From assembly GCF_032444005.1 (NCBI RefSeq), contig NC_091289.1:128402001-128466000 (forward strand): 64,000 nucleotides of DNA, read 5' to 3'. The DNA is from Ranitomeya imitator. Its lineage: Eukaryota. The number at the start of each line of letters is the position of its first letter. Positions within the stretch are counted from its first letter, which is position 1. A program made the translations under genes and the position numbers. Of the stretch, positions 13,646 through 25,700 are shown one piece after another. Under the pieces are notes generated by a model, which saw nothing but the letters and a program-made list of their open reading frames with translations, had not been told where the DNA came from and did no database searches.

Positions 13646-14439
13646 GGTCGGTTTCACACGTCAGTGGCTCCGGTACGTGAGGTGACAGTGTCCTCACGTT
13701 CCAGAGACACTGACTCACGTAGACACATTGAAATCAATGTGTCTCTGCACATGTCAGCGTGTTTTCACGGACCGTGTGTCAGTGTGCAAAACACGGAGAC
13801 ATGTCAGTGTTCGTGGGAGCGCACGGATTACACGGACCCATTAAAGTCAATGGGTCCATGTAAAACACGTACCGCACACGGACAGCGTCCGTGTGCAGTC
13901 CGTGTGCCGTGCAGGAGACAGCGCTACAGTAAGCGCTGTCCCCCCACCTGGTGCTGAAACCGCCATTCACATCTTCTCTCCAGCAGCGTTCGCTGGAAAG
14001 AAGATATGAAAAATCCTTTTTTTTTTTTTTCGTGTTTTAAATAAAGATCCCTGTCCCCACCCCCTGTGCGCCCGCCCGCTGTTAATAAAATACTCACCCG
14101 GCTCCCTCGCAGCGTCCTCGCCGCAGCTTCTCCTGTATGAGCGGTCACGTGGTGCCACCCATTACAGTCATGAATATGCGGCTCCACCTCCCATAGGGAG
14201 GAACGCTGCTGGAGAGAAGATATGAATGGTGGCTTCAGCACCAGATGCAGGGGACAGCGCTTATCTCTAGCGCTGTCTCCTGCACGCTCCGTGTGGTACC
14301 CAGTCGGCACACGGGCGGCACACGTCTGCCGCACGTGTGCCACACGGATGGCCTACGTGAACTCACGGACACACGGACACGGATAACTCCGATACCGATT
14401 TTTTCGGTACCTGAATTATCTGGATGTGTGGGACTGGCC
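13646..14439. mobile_element. PIF/Harbinger-like MITE
   Basis: Degenerate TIRs GGTCGGTTTCACACGTC / GATGTGTGGGACTGGCC, TAA TSD on both sides, internal inverted repeats. Confidence 0.8.
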
Positions 14440-14744
14440 TAAAAGGGGTTATAAGCCCTATTGGTAAGGGGGTCGTCTGCTATGAGGCAGTGTAGAGATC
14501 ATCTGAAAAGCAGCAGCTCTCACCAAGGTGAATCCAGTCCTTCTCTGACTTATTCTAGAGGGGTTATCCGATGCAGACAAGTTCTCCAAACTACCCACAG
14601 TATAAGTAATAGCTTGTTGATCCACTGCGCAACAAATTTCAGGGAAGTTCTTGTCCCTTGAGAAAATGTTATTGCATCTTATAGATTTTGATATGCTGAA
14701 CACGAATATCTGCTTCAAAAGTCTGTATCACGTAAGGTTTTTAA

Positions 14745-15649
14745 TCCCTTGATGACTGAAGCGTTTTCCGATTTTTCGTTTTCGTTTTTCACTCCCCTTC
14801 TTTCCGAAGCCATAACTTTTTTATTTTTCCGTCAATATGGCCATGTGAGGGCTTATTTTTTGCAAGACCAGCAGTCGTTTTAATAGATACGATCTTTTGA
14901 TTGCCCATTATTGCATTTTAATGCAATGTCACGGCGTAAAAAAAACCAATTCTGGCGTTTTTATTTTTTTATCACTACGCCGTTTAGAGATCATTTTAGT
15001 TTTTTTTTTTCCTTGATAGATCGGGCGATTCTGAACGCGTCGATACCAAATATGTGTAAGTTTGATTTTTTTTAATTATTTTACTTTAATTGAGGCGAAA
15101 AGGCGGTGATTTGAACTTATGTTTTTTATTTTTTTATATTTTTAAACACTTTTTTTTACTTTTGGCATGCTTCAATAGTCTCCATAGGAGGCTAGAAGCT
15201 GCCATAGCACTTATCGCCTCTGCTACATAGAGGTGATGCTCAGATTGCTCCTATGTAGCTGAATTACAGGCTTGCTATGCGCGCCGTCCACAGGGTGGCG
15301 CTCATAGCAATCTGCCATCAACAACAATAGAGGTCTCGATGAGACTTCTGGTTGTGATAGCAACGCAGCGATGACCCCTGATCATGTGACGGGGTCGTCA
15401 CTGCGTGTATTTCCGGACCGGTGTCTGGAAGTGCATTTAAATGCCTGCTGTCCAAGTTTGACAGTGGCATTTAACCACTTAATAGGCGTGCGTGGATCGC
15501 GATTCTGCTCGTGACTATTGTGGGCACATGTGAGCTGTTAAAAACAGCTGAAATGTCTCGGTTTTGAGGTGGGCTCACCACGGGAGCCCACCTCAAAGCG
15601 GGGAATACTGCCAGCTGACGTACTATTCCATCAGCTGGCAGTAAGGGGG
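14745..15649. mobile_element. Degenerate piggyBac-like (TTAA) non-autonomous element
   Basis: TTAA-TCCCTT start and AAGGGG-GTAA end resemble the CCCCTT/AAGGGG termini of the 21104-26308 element. Confidence 0.6.
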
Positions 15650-15733
15650 TAAGAAACAACAGTTTATAGTCTACATTATGACGTCCGAGACACTACATAC
15701 ATGTGCATCAACGTCAGTAGCAAAAGCAATTGT

Positions 15734-15961
15734 TCAAAAGTGTTTTGCAGATGACTTTCGTTTATAATCCATGTCAGAGACTTCTCGAAAAAGATTCCAG
15801 CAATAGTCAGCCAGCATTGACATACTCTACTTTCCCTGGTACCTTTTCTCCATTAGCGCAATGTCTTGGTGAAATGTTTCACCATGTTCATTGCTAAAGG
15901 CACCAAGATTGGCTGGAGAAAAGTCCAAGTGAGAATGTAGAAAATGCATGTTTAGTGACAT
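15734..15961 (-). pseudogene. C-terminal DNA-transposase fragment, probably Chapaev/CMC-type
   Basis: MSLNMHFLHSHLDFSPANLGAFSNEHGETFHQDIALMEKRYQGK*SMSMLADYCWNL...YKRKSSAKHF*. Family assignment is from recalled motif HxLHSHLDFFPxNLGxxSDEHGERFHQDI. Confidence 0.65.
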
Positions 15962-16573
15962 ATTGCTGTGATCCCCTGCTGTAATGTCAGTATTGTCTTT
16001 TGATTCCTCTCCTGCCCAGGAGATGTGGTATGTTCTGTACACAGTCAGCCGAATGATTCACTTATTCGCTTGCATATGTGTAGATCAGCGATTTATGTTA
16101 TTTCAGTGGAAAATTCAGAATATACTATTTCAGAAAAAGTTCATATATGAGTTTTTAGAATTATAACAGAAAATTATAATGTTTCGTATCATTTCTCAAA
16201 AACCTTACGTGATAGGAAAAATGTGAAGTCATTTCTGAAATCAGCATGAAAAAAAATCTATCAGGAACACTCAAAATTGTCCGAGGGACAAAACCTTTGG
16301 AACACAGTGTTACTGGGGGTCTGATTAGTAGAATTTTTTTTAACTTTTATCCCTGTTGGAGTGGAGCAACAGTGCGCATGCCCAACCACTACTCAACTCA
16401 TACCCTGTGGAGACCCATAAAAAATGAATGGAGCAATGGTTGGGCAACTAGCCACTACATTTTCTGATGGGGAAAAACTTCCCTATCATTAATACAAAAT
16501 CTCTGATCTGCCAAACAGAGGTCGGACCCCCATTGATCAACAATTGTCAATGATCCTGGGGATAGTTGATAAC

Positions 16574-16816
16574 TAGTGATGAGTGAGTATACTCGTTGAT
16601 CGAGTGGTCTCCGAGTATTTTTAAGTGCTCGAAGATTTAGTTTTTGTTGATGCAGCTGCATGATTTACGGCTGCTAGACAGGCTGACTACATGTGGGGAT
16701 TCCCTAGCAACCAGGCCACCCCCACATGTACTCAAGCTGGCTAGCAGCCGTAAATCATGCAGCTGCGTCGACAAAAACTAAATCTCCGAGCAGTCACAAA
16801 TACTCAGAGATCACTA
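16574..16816. mobile_element. hAT MITE (TAGTGATGAG... family)
   Basis: Palindromic body; 8-bp TSD TTGATAAC/CTGATAAC (one mismatch). Same family as 49798-50101. Confidence 0.8.
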
Positions 16817-16849
16817 CTGATAACTTGTTTTCATTGATCAACCCTTTCA

Positions 16850-17211
16850 TTTGCTATGCAATCTGAAAACAGCATGCTGTAGGGGTTAAAAGACAGATTT
16901 CAGTGTTGCCACTCTTATCAAGCTCTGATGTTTTGTTGGCTTGCAATGAATGTTTTAGCACCAGTAGCTTGTGTCTCCTGGGCTAGTAACGCCCCCTCTT
17001 GTGATAAGCTGCTCACTTTCTATACACATTGTATATAGAGAGCCTGGTGTGGGTGGGATTAGCTTTCTCAGCTCTGCTTCATTCTAAATAAAAAAGCTCA
17101 GATTTTGTCAGAACGGCTCCATATAAGTGAAACATCACTGGATTCAGCTTCTCTTTGCCTACATCAGGCTGCTCTCAGATGAGGTAGCAAAAACCTGATG
17201 ACAGGTTCCCT
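16850..17211. mobile_element. Kolobok/T2-like MITE, partial
   Basis: Right end GGTAGCAAAAACCTGATGACAGGTTCCCT-TTAA matches the family at 33267-33673. Left boundary uncertain. Confidence 0.6.
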
Positions 17212-17630
17212 TTAAGTGTTAGATCTGCCGTAATCATATTTTGTAGTCATGAGAATGTCCTTTTAAATATAGGGCTTTAAGACAGGAACATGTGCCAAGA
17301 ATTTTCTATAATGGTATGTTGAACAGGGTTGCATGCTTTTAAAAATTTGTTAGAAGTATCCCTTAATACTCAACTTGTCACACATCCCTCAGCTGAGACA
17401 GTTGGGATCTATGGGAATATGGGAATATCTCTCTGTAGGGGCTCATTCAGACGACTTTCATTTGTAACATGTAATTCACAGATAGAATTTGCACCTATGA
17501 TAGTTTATGGGGCTTTGCACATATCCAATTTGGGGGATTTGATTGAGTAGTCTACACAAAATCTGAGAGACATGTCAGATTAAAATTCCCAATGCAAATC
17601 TAGGGTCTCAAAAAAAAAGTGAGAGGTTAG

Positions 17631-17904
17631 GTAAGAGCCTCTAGACTGAGGTCTAAGGCCGGCGTCACACTCGGTGTCAGACAATACGGTCCGTAATTTA
17701 CGGCCGTAATATGCTGAAAAGTCCCCAAAATAGTGGTCCGTATCTCCTCCGTAGGCAGGGTGTGTAAGCGTATTTTGCGCATGGCATCCTCCGTATGTAA
17801 TCCGTATGGCATCTGTACTGTGAGATTTTCTCGCAGGCTTGCAAAACCGACATACGGATATACAAGGGATCCATGTGCTCAAAAAATAATAAAAACATAT
17901 ATAC

Positions 17905-17942
<38 letters not shown>

Positions 17943-20153
17943 TATATATATATATATATGTTAGTGAGGCACATATATATATATAAATTAATATTTCATC
18001 CAGCGCGAGATAGCTTAAAAGCCGGTAATTCAATTGCCGGCTTTTGCTATCTCTTTCAAAAACCCGACATGATTTGAGACATGGTTTACATACAGTAAAC
18101 CATCTCATATCCCCCTTTTTTTGCATATTCCACACTACTAATGTTAGTAGTGTGTATGTGCAAAATTTGGCCGTTCTAGCTAGTAAAATAAGGGGTTAAA
18201 TGGCAGAAAAAATTGGCGTGGGCTTCCGTGCAATTTTCTCCGCCAGAGTAGTAAAGCCAGTGACTGAGGGCAGATATCAATAGCCTGGAGAGGGTCCATG
18301 GTTATTGCCAATCCCCCCCCCCCCCCTGGCTGGTTAATTTTTTTTACAGCCAGGAGCTCTGCTATAATGCAGCTATGCTCGTACCTGTAAAACCCCAGCG
18401 AATGAATGGAAACTAGGTCAATGACCTATAGTTACCTTCATTCGCGGTGAGGTGCCCTCTGCTGGATGTCCTTCCAGCGTGGGTAAAAATGCAGAAAAGT
18501 TCCCAGGCTCGAGTTCATATGAGGACAACCAGCAGAGGGCGCCTCACCGCGAATGAAGGTAACTACAGGTCATTGACCTAGTTTCCATTCATTCGCTGGG
18601 GTTTTACAGCTACGAGCATAGCTGCATTATAGCAGAGCTCCTGGCTGTAAAAAAAATTAACCCCTTCAGATGGATTTACAACGTGGGACGTTACAGATCC
18701 TCGGAAGGTATGTATATTGTTGGTTTATTATTTTTTCTTTGTCACAGAGCGAGGGTCTTCAGCCAGTGGATTGAGCGTACAATAAAATATTACAACAAAC
18801 GGTGTGTTTATTTCATTTAATTACTTTTTAATAATGTGTGTGTGTTTTTTTTAACTCTTTCATACAATTGGATTAATAATGGATAGGTGTCATAATTGAC
18901 GCCTCTCCATTATTAATCTGGCTTAATGTCACCTTACAATAGCAAGGTGGCATTAACCCTTCATTACCCCATATCCCACCGCTACACGAGAATGGGAAGA
19001 GAGTGGCCAAGTGCCAGAATAGGCGCATCTTCCAGATGTGCCTTTTCTGGGGTGGCTGGGGGCAGATGTTTTTAGCCAGGGGGGGGGCAAAAACCATGGA
19101 CCCTCTCCAGGCTATTAATATCTGCCCTCAGTCACTGGCTTTACTACTCTGGCAGAGAAAATTGCGCGGGAGCCCAAGCCAATTTTTTCCGCCATTTAAC
19201 CCTTTAATTTAATAGCTAGAACGGCCAAATTTTGCACATACACACTACTAACATTAGTAGTGTGGAATATGCAAAAAAAAAGGGGGATATTATACAGTAA
19301 GGGGGATACAGTAAACCATGTGTCAAATCATGTCGGGTTTAGGAAGGAGATAGCAAAAGCCGGCAATTGAATTACCGGCTTTTAAGCTATATAGCGCTGG
19401 ATGAAATATTAATATATATACATATATGTGTCTCAATGACATATATATATATACCTTTTCTATGTGTACACATTTATTCTACCTATTCTACTGTAAGCTG
19501 TCAGTGTGATTTTACTGTACACCGCACTGAATTGCCGGCTTTTCTCTCTAACAGCGCTGCGTATTTCTCGCAAGTTACACTGCTGGTCCGTGTGTAATCC
19601 GTATTTTTCAGGCCCCCATAGACTTGCATTGGCGATTTTTTTGCGCAATGCGGTGACAAACGCAGCATGCTGCGATTTTCTACGGCCGTAGAAAGCCGTA
19701 TAATACGGATCAGTAAAATACGGCAGATAGGAGCTGGGGCATAGAGAATAATTGGGCCGTGTGTAATGCGTGTTTTACGGACTTATTTAATACGCTCATA
19801 CATCTGTAAAACTCGCTAGTGTGACGCCGGCCTAAGAGGTAATATTTCTCCTGGCGGAGAGTGACATACTGGCTCTGGCATGCCAAGGTAAGGAGGCTTA
19901 TTTGCCATGCAATGCTCCTCTGGGAAATTTAATATGCAAATTCTCTCTTCAGAGAGAAAGAGGATTTGAGCTCTATATAGCGCCCGCTGCTGGAAGTAGT
20001 CATCCTACAAGTCATTATTGACCATTTAACAAGCTTTGAAATGTGACTTGCACGGCGAGTCAGCCTCCTTACCTTGGCATGCCAGAGCCAGTATGTCACT
20101 CTCCACAAGGAGAAACATTACCACTTAGACCTCATTAGTTTGGAGGAACTTAC
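17631..20153. mobile_element. Diverged relative of the 28.5-29.3 kb ribozyme-bearing monomer, fold-back form, split by a Harbinger insertion
   Basis: 19845-20050 aligns by eye to the reverse complement of 28790-28960 (CAATGCTCCTCTGGGAAAT...TATGCAAATT.TCTCTTCAGAGAG). Arms 17631-17656 plus 19836-19897 and 20060-20153 are inverted. No hammerhead core remains. Confidence 0.75.
17657..19832 (+). mobile_element. PIF/Harbinger-like non-autonomous element (2176 bp)
   Basis: TIR GGCCGGCGTCACACT / AGTGTGACGCCGGCC with TAA TSD. Internal long inverted repeats at ~17955-18310 / ~19085-19450. Confidence 0.9.
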
Positions 20154-20612
20154 ATCTCTGTCCACGAGGAGTCTAATGTGTTAATGACATGCAGGTCCCC
20201 ACTGTCTTCCAGATGCCAGCTGGCAGATTTTTTCCTATATAAAGTAAATGGATGAAAGATTGGAAAAAGGAAAACAAGGCTCACCAGGCCTGAATATTGA
20301 ATGTTGAATGAAAAGCTGAGAACTATGATTAAGGGTGTTTGTTGCACCAGAAGCGTCTCATTTTTAATGTTTTCTATGTAGAGCCACTTGTTTTAATGGA
20401 TTTTGATTAAAGTATTTTTCTTTTTACTGGATGGCCGCGCTGAACCTTTCCTCACTCACAATGGGGAGAAAGCTGGAAATCAGGTTTCTGAAGGAAGTGT
20501 GACTGCTCTCCTTTACATAATGGATCTATTCAGATCAGCACATTGTCAGTGTGGTTCGGGTCAGGAAGGGCCGTCCAGTTCCTTATGACTGCTTTCATCT
20601 CTGGCCAATAGA

Positions 20613-20682
20613 TATTATTATTATTATTATTATCATTATTATTACTTATTTATATAGCACCATTAATTCTATGGTGCTGTAC
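20613..20682 (-). mobile_element. Extremely 5'-truncated L2-type 3' end (hairpin plus (TAA)n tail)
   Basis: The minus strand reads TGTACAGCACCATAGAATTAATGGTGCTATATAAATAAG(TAA)n, the same architecture as the L2 3' end at 63130-63193. Confidence 0.7.
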
Positions 20683-22511
20683 ATTCCTGCTCTAAAACGT
20701 ACCCCAAGTCTTCTGAAGGGAATTACGCTACTGTTTTGGCTTCGGACCCGTTTAAATCAAAGCTGGTGGCAGCTTACCGTGTGCTGTGCCTTTGGGAGTC
20801 GTCGTAGTGACTGCGGCGTTGATAATTATTGTTCCTGCCTGAGTGGGAGTATTTATATCGCCTCGCTGCAGCGTGCCCAATAGCCAGTACATAGCAGGCA
20901 GCCTTTCTGGCGACTAATTACCCTAGGTGCAGTACCTAATCTGACCTGAGGGTGAGGGGGGCGATTAGGCTTAAAACCGCCAAATTTCTCCAATATGAAT
21001 TCAGAGTTTATAAGTAGGCTGTTTAAAGTAAAGGCTATTTTCTTTTTGAAGGAAATGTGTAAGCAGAAAATAACGTTTTGATTAAATAAAGTTTTTGCTT
21101 TAACCCCTTAATCCCATATGACGTACTATCCCGTCCAGGTGACCTGGGACTTAATTCCCAGTGATGGGATAGTACGTCATATGCGATCGGCCGCGCTCAC
21201 GGGGGGAGCGCGGCCGATCGCTGCCGGGTGTCAGCTGCCTATCGCAGCTGACATCCGGCACTATGTGCCAGGAGCGGTCACAGACCGCTCCCGGCACATT
21301 ATCCCCCGGCTCAAAGATGATCGCGGTGTGCCGGCGGTGCAGGGAAGCATCGCGCAGGGAGGGGGCTCCCTGCGGGCTTCCCTGAGACGATCGGTACACG
21401 GTGATGTACTCACCGTGTACCGAGCGTCTTCTCCCTGCAGTCCCCGGATCCAAAATGGCCGCCGGGCTGCATCCGGGTCCTGCAGGGAGTACTTCCGGGT
21501 CAGGATCAGGCTGCAGCTGCAGCTCTAATCCTGCCCGGCTGTATGTAAGATCACCGATCTAACAGAGTGCTGTGCACACTGTCAGATCGGTGATCTGTGA
21601 TGTCCCCCCCTGGGACAAAGTGAAAAAGTAAAAAAAAAAATTTCCACACTTGTAAAAAAGAAAAAAATTCCTAAATAAAGCAGAAAAAAAAATATATTAT
21701 TCCCATAAATACATTTCTTTACCTAAAAAAAAAACAAAAAAACAATAAAAGTACACATATTTAGTATCGCCGCGTCCGTAACGACCCGACCTATAAAACT
21801 GGCCCACTAGTTAACCCCTTCAGTGAACACCGTAAGAAAAAAAAAAAAAAACGTGCCAAAAAACAACGCTTTATTATCATAACGCTGAACAAAAAGTGGA
21901 ATAACACGCGATCAAAAAGACGGATATAAATAACCATGGTACCTCTGAAAGCGTCATCTTGTCCCGCAAAAAACGAGCCACCATATAGCATCATAACCAA
22001 AAATATAAAAAAGTTATAGTCCTCAGAATAAAGCGATGCCAAAATAATTATTTTTTCTATAAAATAGCTTTTATCATATAAAAGCGCCAAAACATAAAAA
22101 AAATGATATAAATGAGGTATCGCTGTAATCGTACTGACCCGAAGAATAAAACTGCTTCATCAATTTTACCAAACGCGGAACGGTATAAACGCCTCCCCCA
22201 AAAGAAATTCATGAATAGCTGGTTTTTGGTCATTCTGCCTCACAAAAAATCGGAATAAAAAGCGATCAAAAACTGTCACGTGTCCAAAAATGTAACCGAT
22301 AAAAACTTCAACTCGTCACGCAAAAAACAAGACCTCACATGACTCTGTGGACCAAAATATGGAAAAATTATAGGTCTCAAAATGTGGAGACGCAAAAACT
22401 TTTTTGCTATAAAAAGCGTCTTTTAGTGTGTGACGGCTGCCAATCATAAAAATCCGATATAAAAAACGCTATAAAAGTAAATCAAACCCCCCTTCATCAC
22501 CCCCTTAGTTA

Positions 22512-22867
22512 GGCTAGGTTCACATTGCGTTAATGGGTTAACGCTAACGGACAGCGTTGCACGGCGAAAATGTCACAATTAATGCCGTGCAACGGGTCCG
22601 TTAGCACAACCATTGACAGCAATGTGATTTTCGGGTGTAGCGCATCGCTAGAGCGTGCCATTTTCGGCTCGCGCTAGCAAGGTGCCATTCTTTTGTGGCG
22701 CGCCTCAGACGCTGCTTGCAGCGTCCGCGGCGCGCCCGAGGTCCGATCCCCGATCTTCCAGAGCGGGGACGTTAACGCGACCACTAAACACGACACCTAA
22801 AAAGACATTGCGTTAGCGCAATCCGCTAGTGCTAAACGGATTTCCCTAACGCAATGTGAACCTAGCC
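22512..22867. mobile_element. PIF/Harbinger MITE nested in the piggyBac-like element
   Basis: TIR GGCTAGGTTCACATTGCGTTA / TAACGCAATGTGAACCTAGCC, TTA TSD. Confidence 0.93.
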
Positions 22868-22918
22868 TTAGGGAAAAATAATAAAATTAAAAAAAATGTA
22901 TTTATTTCCATTTTCCCA

Positions 22919-23090
22919 TTAGGGTTAGGGCTAGGGTTAGGGCTAGGGTTAGGGCTAGGGTTAGGGTTTGGATTACATTTACGGTTGGGATTAGGGTTGG
23001 GATTAGAATTAGGGGTGTGACAGGGTTAGGTGTGTGGTTAGGGTTACAGTTGGGATTAGGGTTAGGGGTGCGTTTGGATTAGGGTTTCAT
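22919..23090 (+). repeat. Telomere-like (TTAGGG/CTAGGG) repeat tract
   Basis: Eight contiguous hexamers at 22919-22966 (five TTAGGG, three CTAGGG), then degenerate TTAGGG/TTGGGA units to ~23090. Confidence 0.9.
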
Positions 23091-23099
23091 TTATAATTG

Positions 23100-25700
23100 G
23101 GGGGTTTCCACTGTTTAGGCACATCAGGGGCTCTCCAAACGCGACATGGCGTCCGATCTCAATTCCAGCCAATTCTGCATTGAAAAAGTAAAACAGTGCT
23201 CCTTCACTTCCGAGCTCTCCCGTGCGCCCAAACAGGGGTTTACCCCAACATATAGGGTATCATCGTACTCGAGACAAATTGGACAACAACTTTTTGGGTC
23301 CAAGTTCTCTTGTTATCCTTGGGAAAATAAAAATTTGGGGGGCTAAAAATCATTTTTGTGGGAAAAAAAAGGATTTTTTATTTTCACGGCTCTGCGTTGT
23401 AAACTGTAGTGAAACACTTGGGGGTTCAAAGTTTTCACAACACATCTAGATAAGTTCCGTGGGAGGTCTAGTTTCCAATATGAGGTCACTTGTGGGTGGT
23501 TTCTACTGTTTGGGTACATCAGGGGCTCTGCAAATGCAACGTGACGCCTGCAGACCAATCCATCTAAGTCTGCATTCCAAATGGCGCTCCTTCCCTTCCG
23601 AGCTCTGCCATGCGCCCAAACAGTGGTTCCCCCCCACATATGGGGTATCAGCGTACTCAGGACAAATTGAACAACAACTTTTGGGGTCCAATTTATTCTG
23701 TTACCCTTGTAAAAATACAAAGCTGGGGGCTAAAAAATCATTTTTGTGAAAAAAAAAAGAATTTTTATTTTCACGGCTCTGCGTTATAAACTGTAGTGAA
23801 ACACTTAGGGGTTCAAAGTTCTCACAACACATCTAGATAAGTTCCTTGGGAGGTCTAGTTTCTAATATGGGGTCACTTGTGGGGGGTTTGTACTGTTTGG
23901 GTACATCAGGGGCTCTGCAAATGCAACGTGACTCCTGCAGACCAATCCATCTAAGTCTGCATTCCAAATGGTGCTCCTTCCCTTCCGAGCTCTGCCATGC
24001 GCCCAAACAGTGGTTCCCCCCCCACATATGGGGTATCAGCGTACTCAGGACAAATTGGACAACAACTTTTGGGGTCCAATTTATTCTGTTACCCTTGTGA
24101 AAATACAAAACTGGGGGCTAAAAAATAATTTTTGCGAAAAAAAAAATTATTTTAACGGCTCTGCGTTATAAACTGTAGTGAAACACTTGGGGGTTCAAAG
24201 CTCTCAAAACACATCTAGATAAGTTCCTTAGGGGGTCTAGTTTCCAAAATGGTGTCACTTGTGGGGGGTTTTAATGTTTAGGCACATCAGGGGCTCTCCA
24301 AACCAACATGGCGTCCCATCTTAATTCCAGTCAATTTTGCATTGAAAAGTCAAATGGCGCTCCTTCCCTTCCGAGCTCTGCTATGCACCCAAAAAGTGGT
24401 TTACCCCCACATATGGGGTATCGTCGCACTCAGGACAAATTGCACAACAACTTTTGTGGTCTAATTTCTTCTCTTACCCTTGGGAAAATAAAAAATTGGG
24501 GGCGAAAAGATCATTTTTGTGAAAAAATAAGATTTTTAATTTTTACGGCTCTGCATTATAAACTTCTGTGAAGCACTTGTTGGGTCAAAGTGCTCACCAC
24601 ACATCTAGATAAGTTCCTTAAGGGGTCTACTTTTCAAAATGGTGTCACTTGTGAGGGGTTCCAATGTTAAGGCACATCAGGGGCTCTCCAAACGCAACAT
24701 GGCGTCCGATCTCAATTCCAGTCAATTTTGCATTGAAAAGTCAAATGGCGCTCCTTTCCTTCCGAGCTCTGCCATGCGCCCAAACAGTGGTTTACCCCCA
24801 CATATGGGGTATCGTCGCACTCAGGACAAATTGCACAACAACTTTTGTGGTCTAATTTCTTCTCTTACCCTTGGGAAAATAAAAAATTGGTGGCGAAAAG
24901 ATTATTTTTGTGAAAAAATATGATTTTTTATTTTTACGGCTCTGCATTATAAACTTCTGTGAAGCACGTGTTGGGTCAAAGTGCTCACCACACCTCTAGA
25001 TAAGTTCCTTAAGGGGTCTACTTTCCAAAATGGTGTCACTTGTGGGGATTTCAATGTTTAGGCACATCAGGGGCTCTCCAAACGCAACATGGCATCCCAT
25101 CTCAATTCCAGTCAATTTTGCATTGAAAAGTAAAATGGCGCTCCTTCCCTTCCGAGCTCTGCCATACGCCCAAACAATGGTTTACACCCATATATGGGGT
25201 ATCAGCGTACTCAGGACAAATTGGCCAACAATTTTTGAGGTCCAATTTCTTCTCTTACTCTTGGGAAAATAAAAAATTGGGGGCGAAAAGATCATTTTTG
25301 TGAAAAAATATGATTTTTTATTTTTACGCCTCTGCATTATAAACTTCTGTGAAGCAATTGGTGGGCCAAAGTGGTCACCACACATCTAGATAAGTTCCTT
25401 AGGGTGTCTACTTTCCAAAATGGTGTCACTTGTGGGGGGTTTCAATGTTTAGGCACATGAGGGGCTCTCCAAACGCAACATGGCGTCCCATCTCAAATTC
25501 CTGTCAATTTTGCATTGAAAAGTCAAATGGCGCTCCTTTCCTTCCGAGCTCTGCCATGCGCCCAAACAGTGGTTTACCCCCATATATGGGGTATCAGCGT
25601 ACTCAGTACAGATTGTACAACAATGTTTGGCATCCATTTTATCCTGTTACCCTTGGTAAAATAAAACAAATTGGAGCTGAAATAAATTTTGTGTGAAAAA
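23100..25700 (+). repeat. Internal tandem array of ~385-390 bp units (~6.5 copies)
   Basis: The marker C(A/C)TCTAGATAAGTTCC occurs at 23443, 23830, 24212, 24602, 24993 and 25383. Confidence 0.92.

Noticed and set aside
20750-20980. Possible Penelope/DIRS LTR-like segment on the minus strand
   Set aside because: Only vague familiarity; no termini, TSD or complete hammerhead found.
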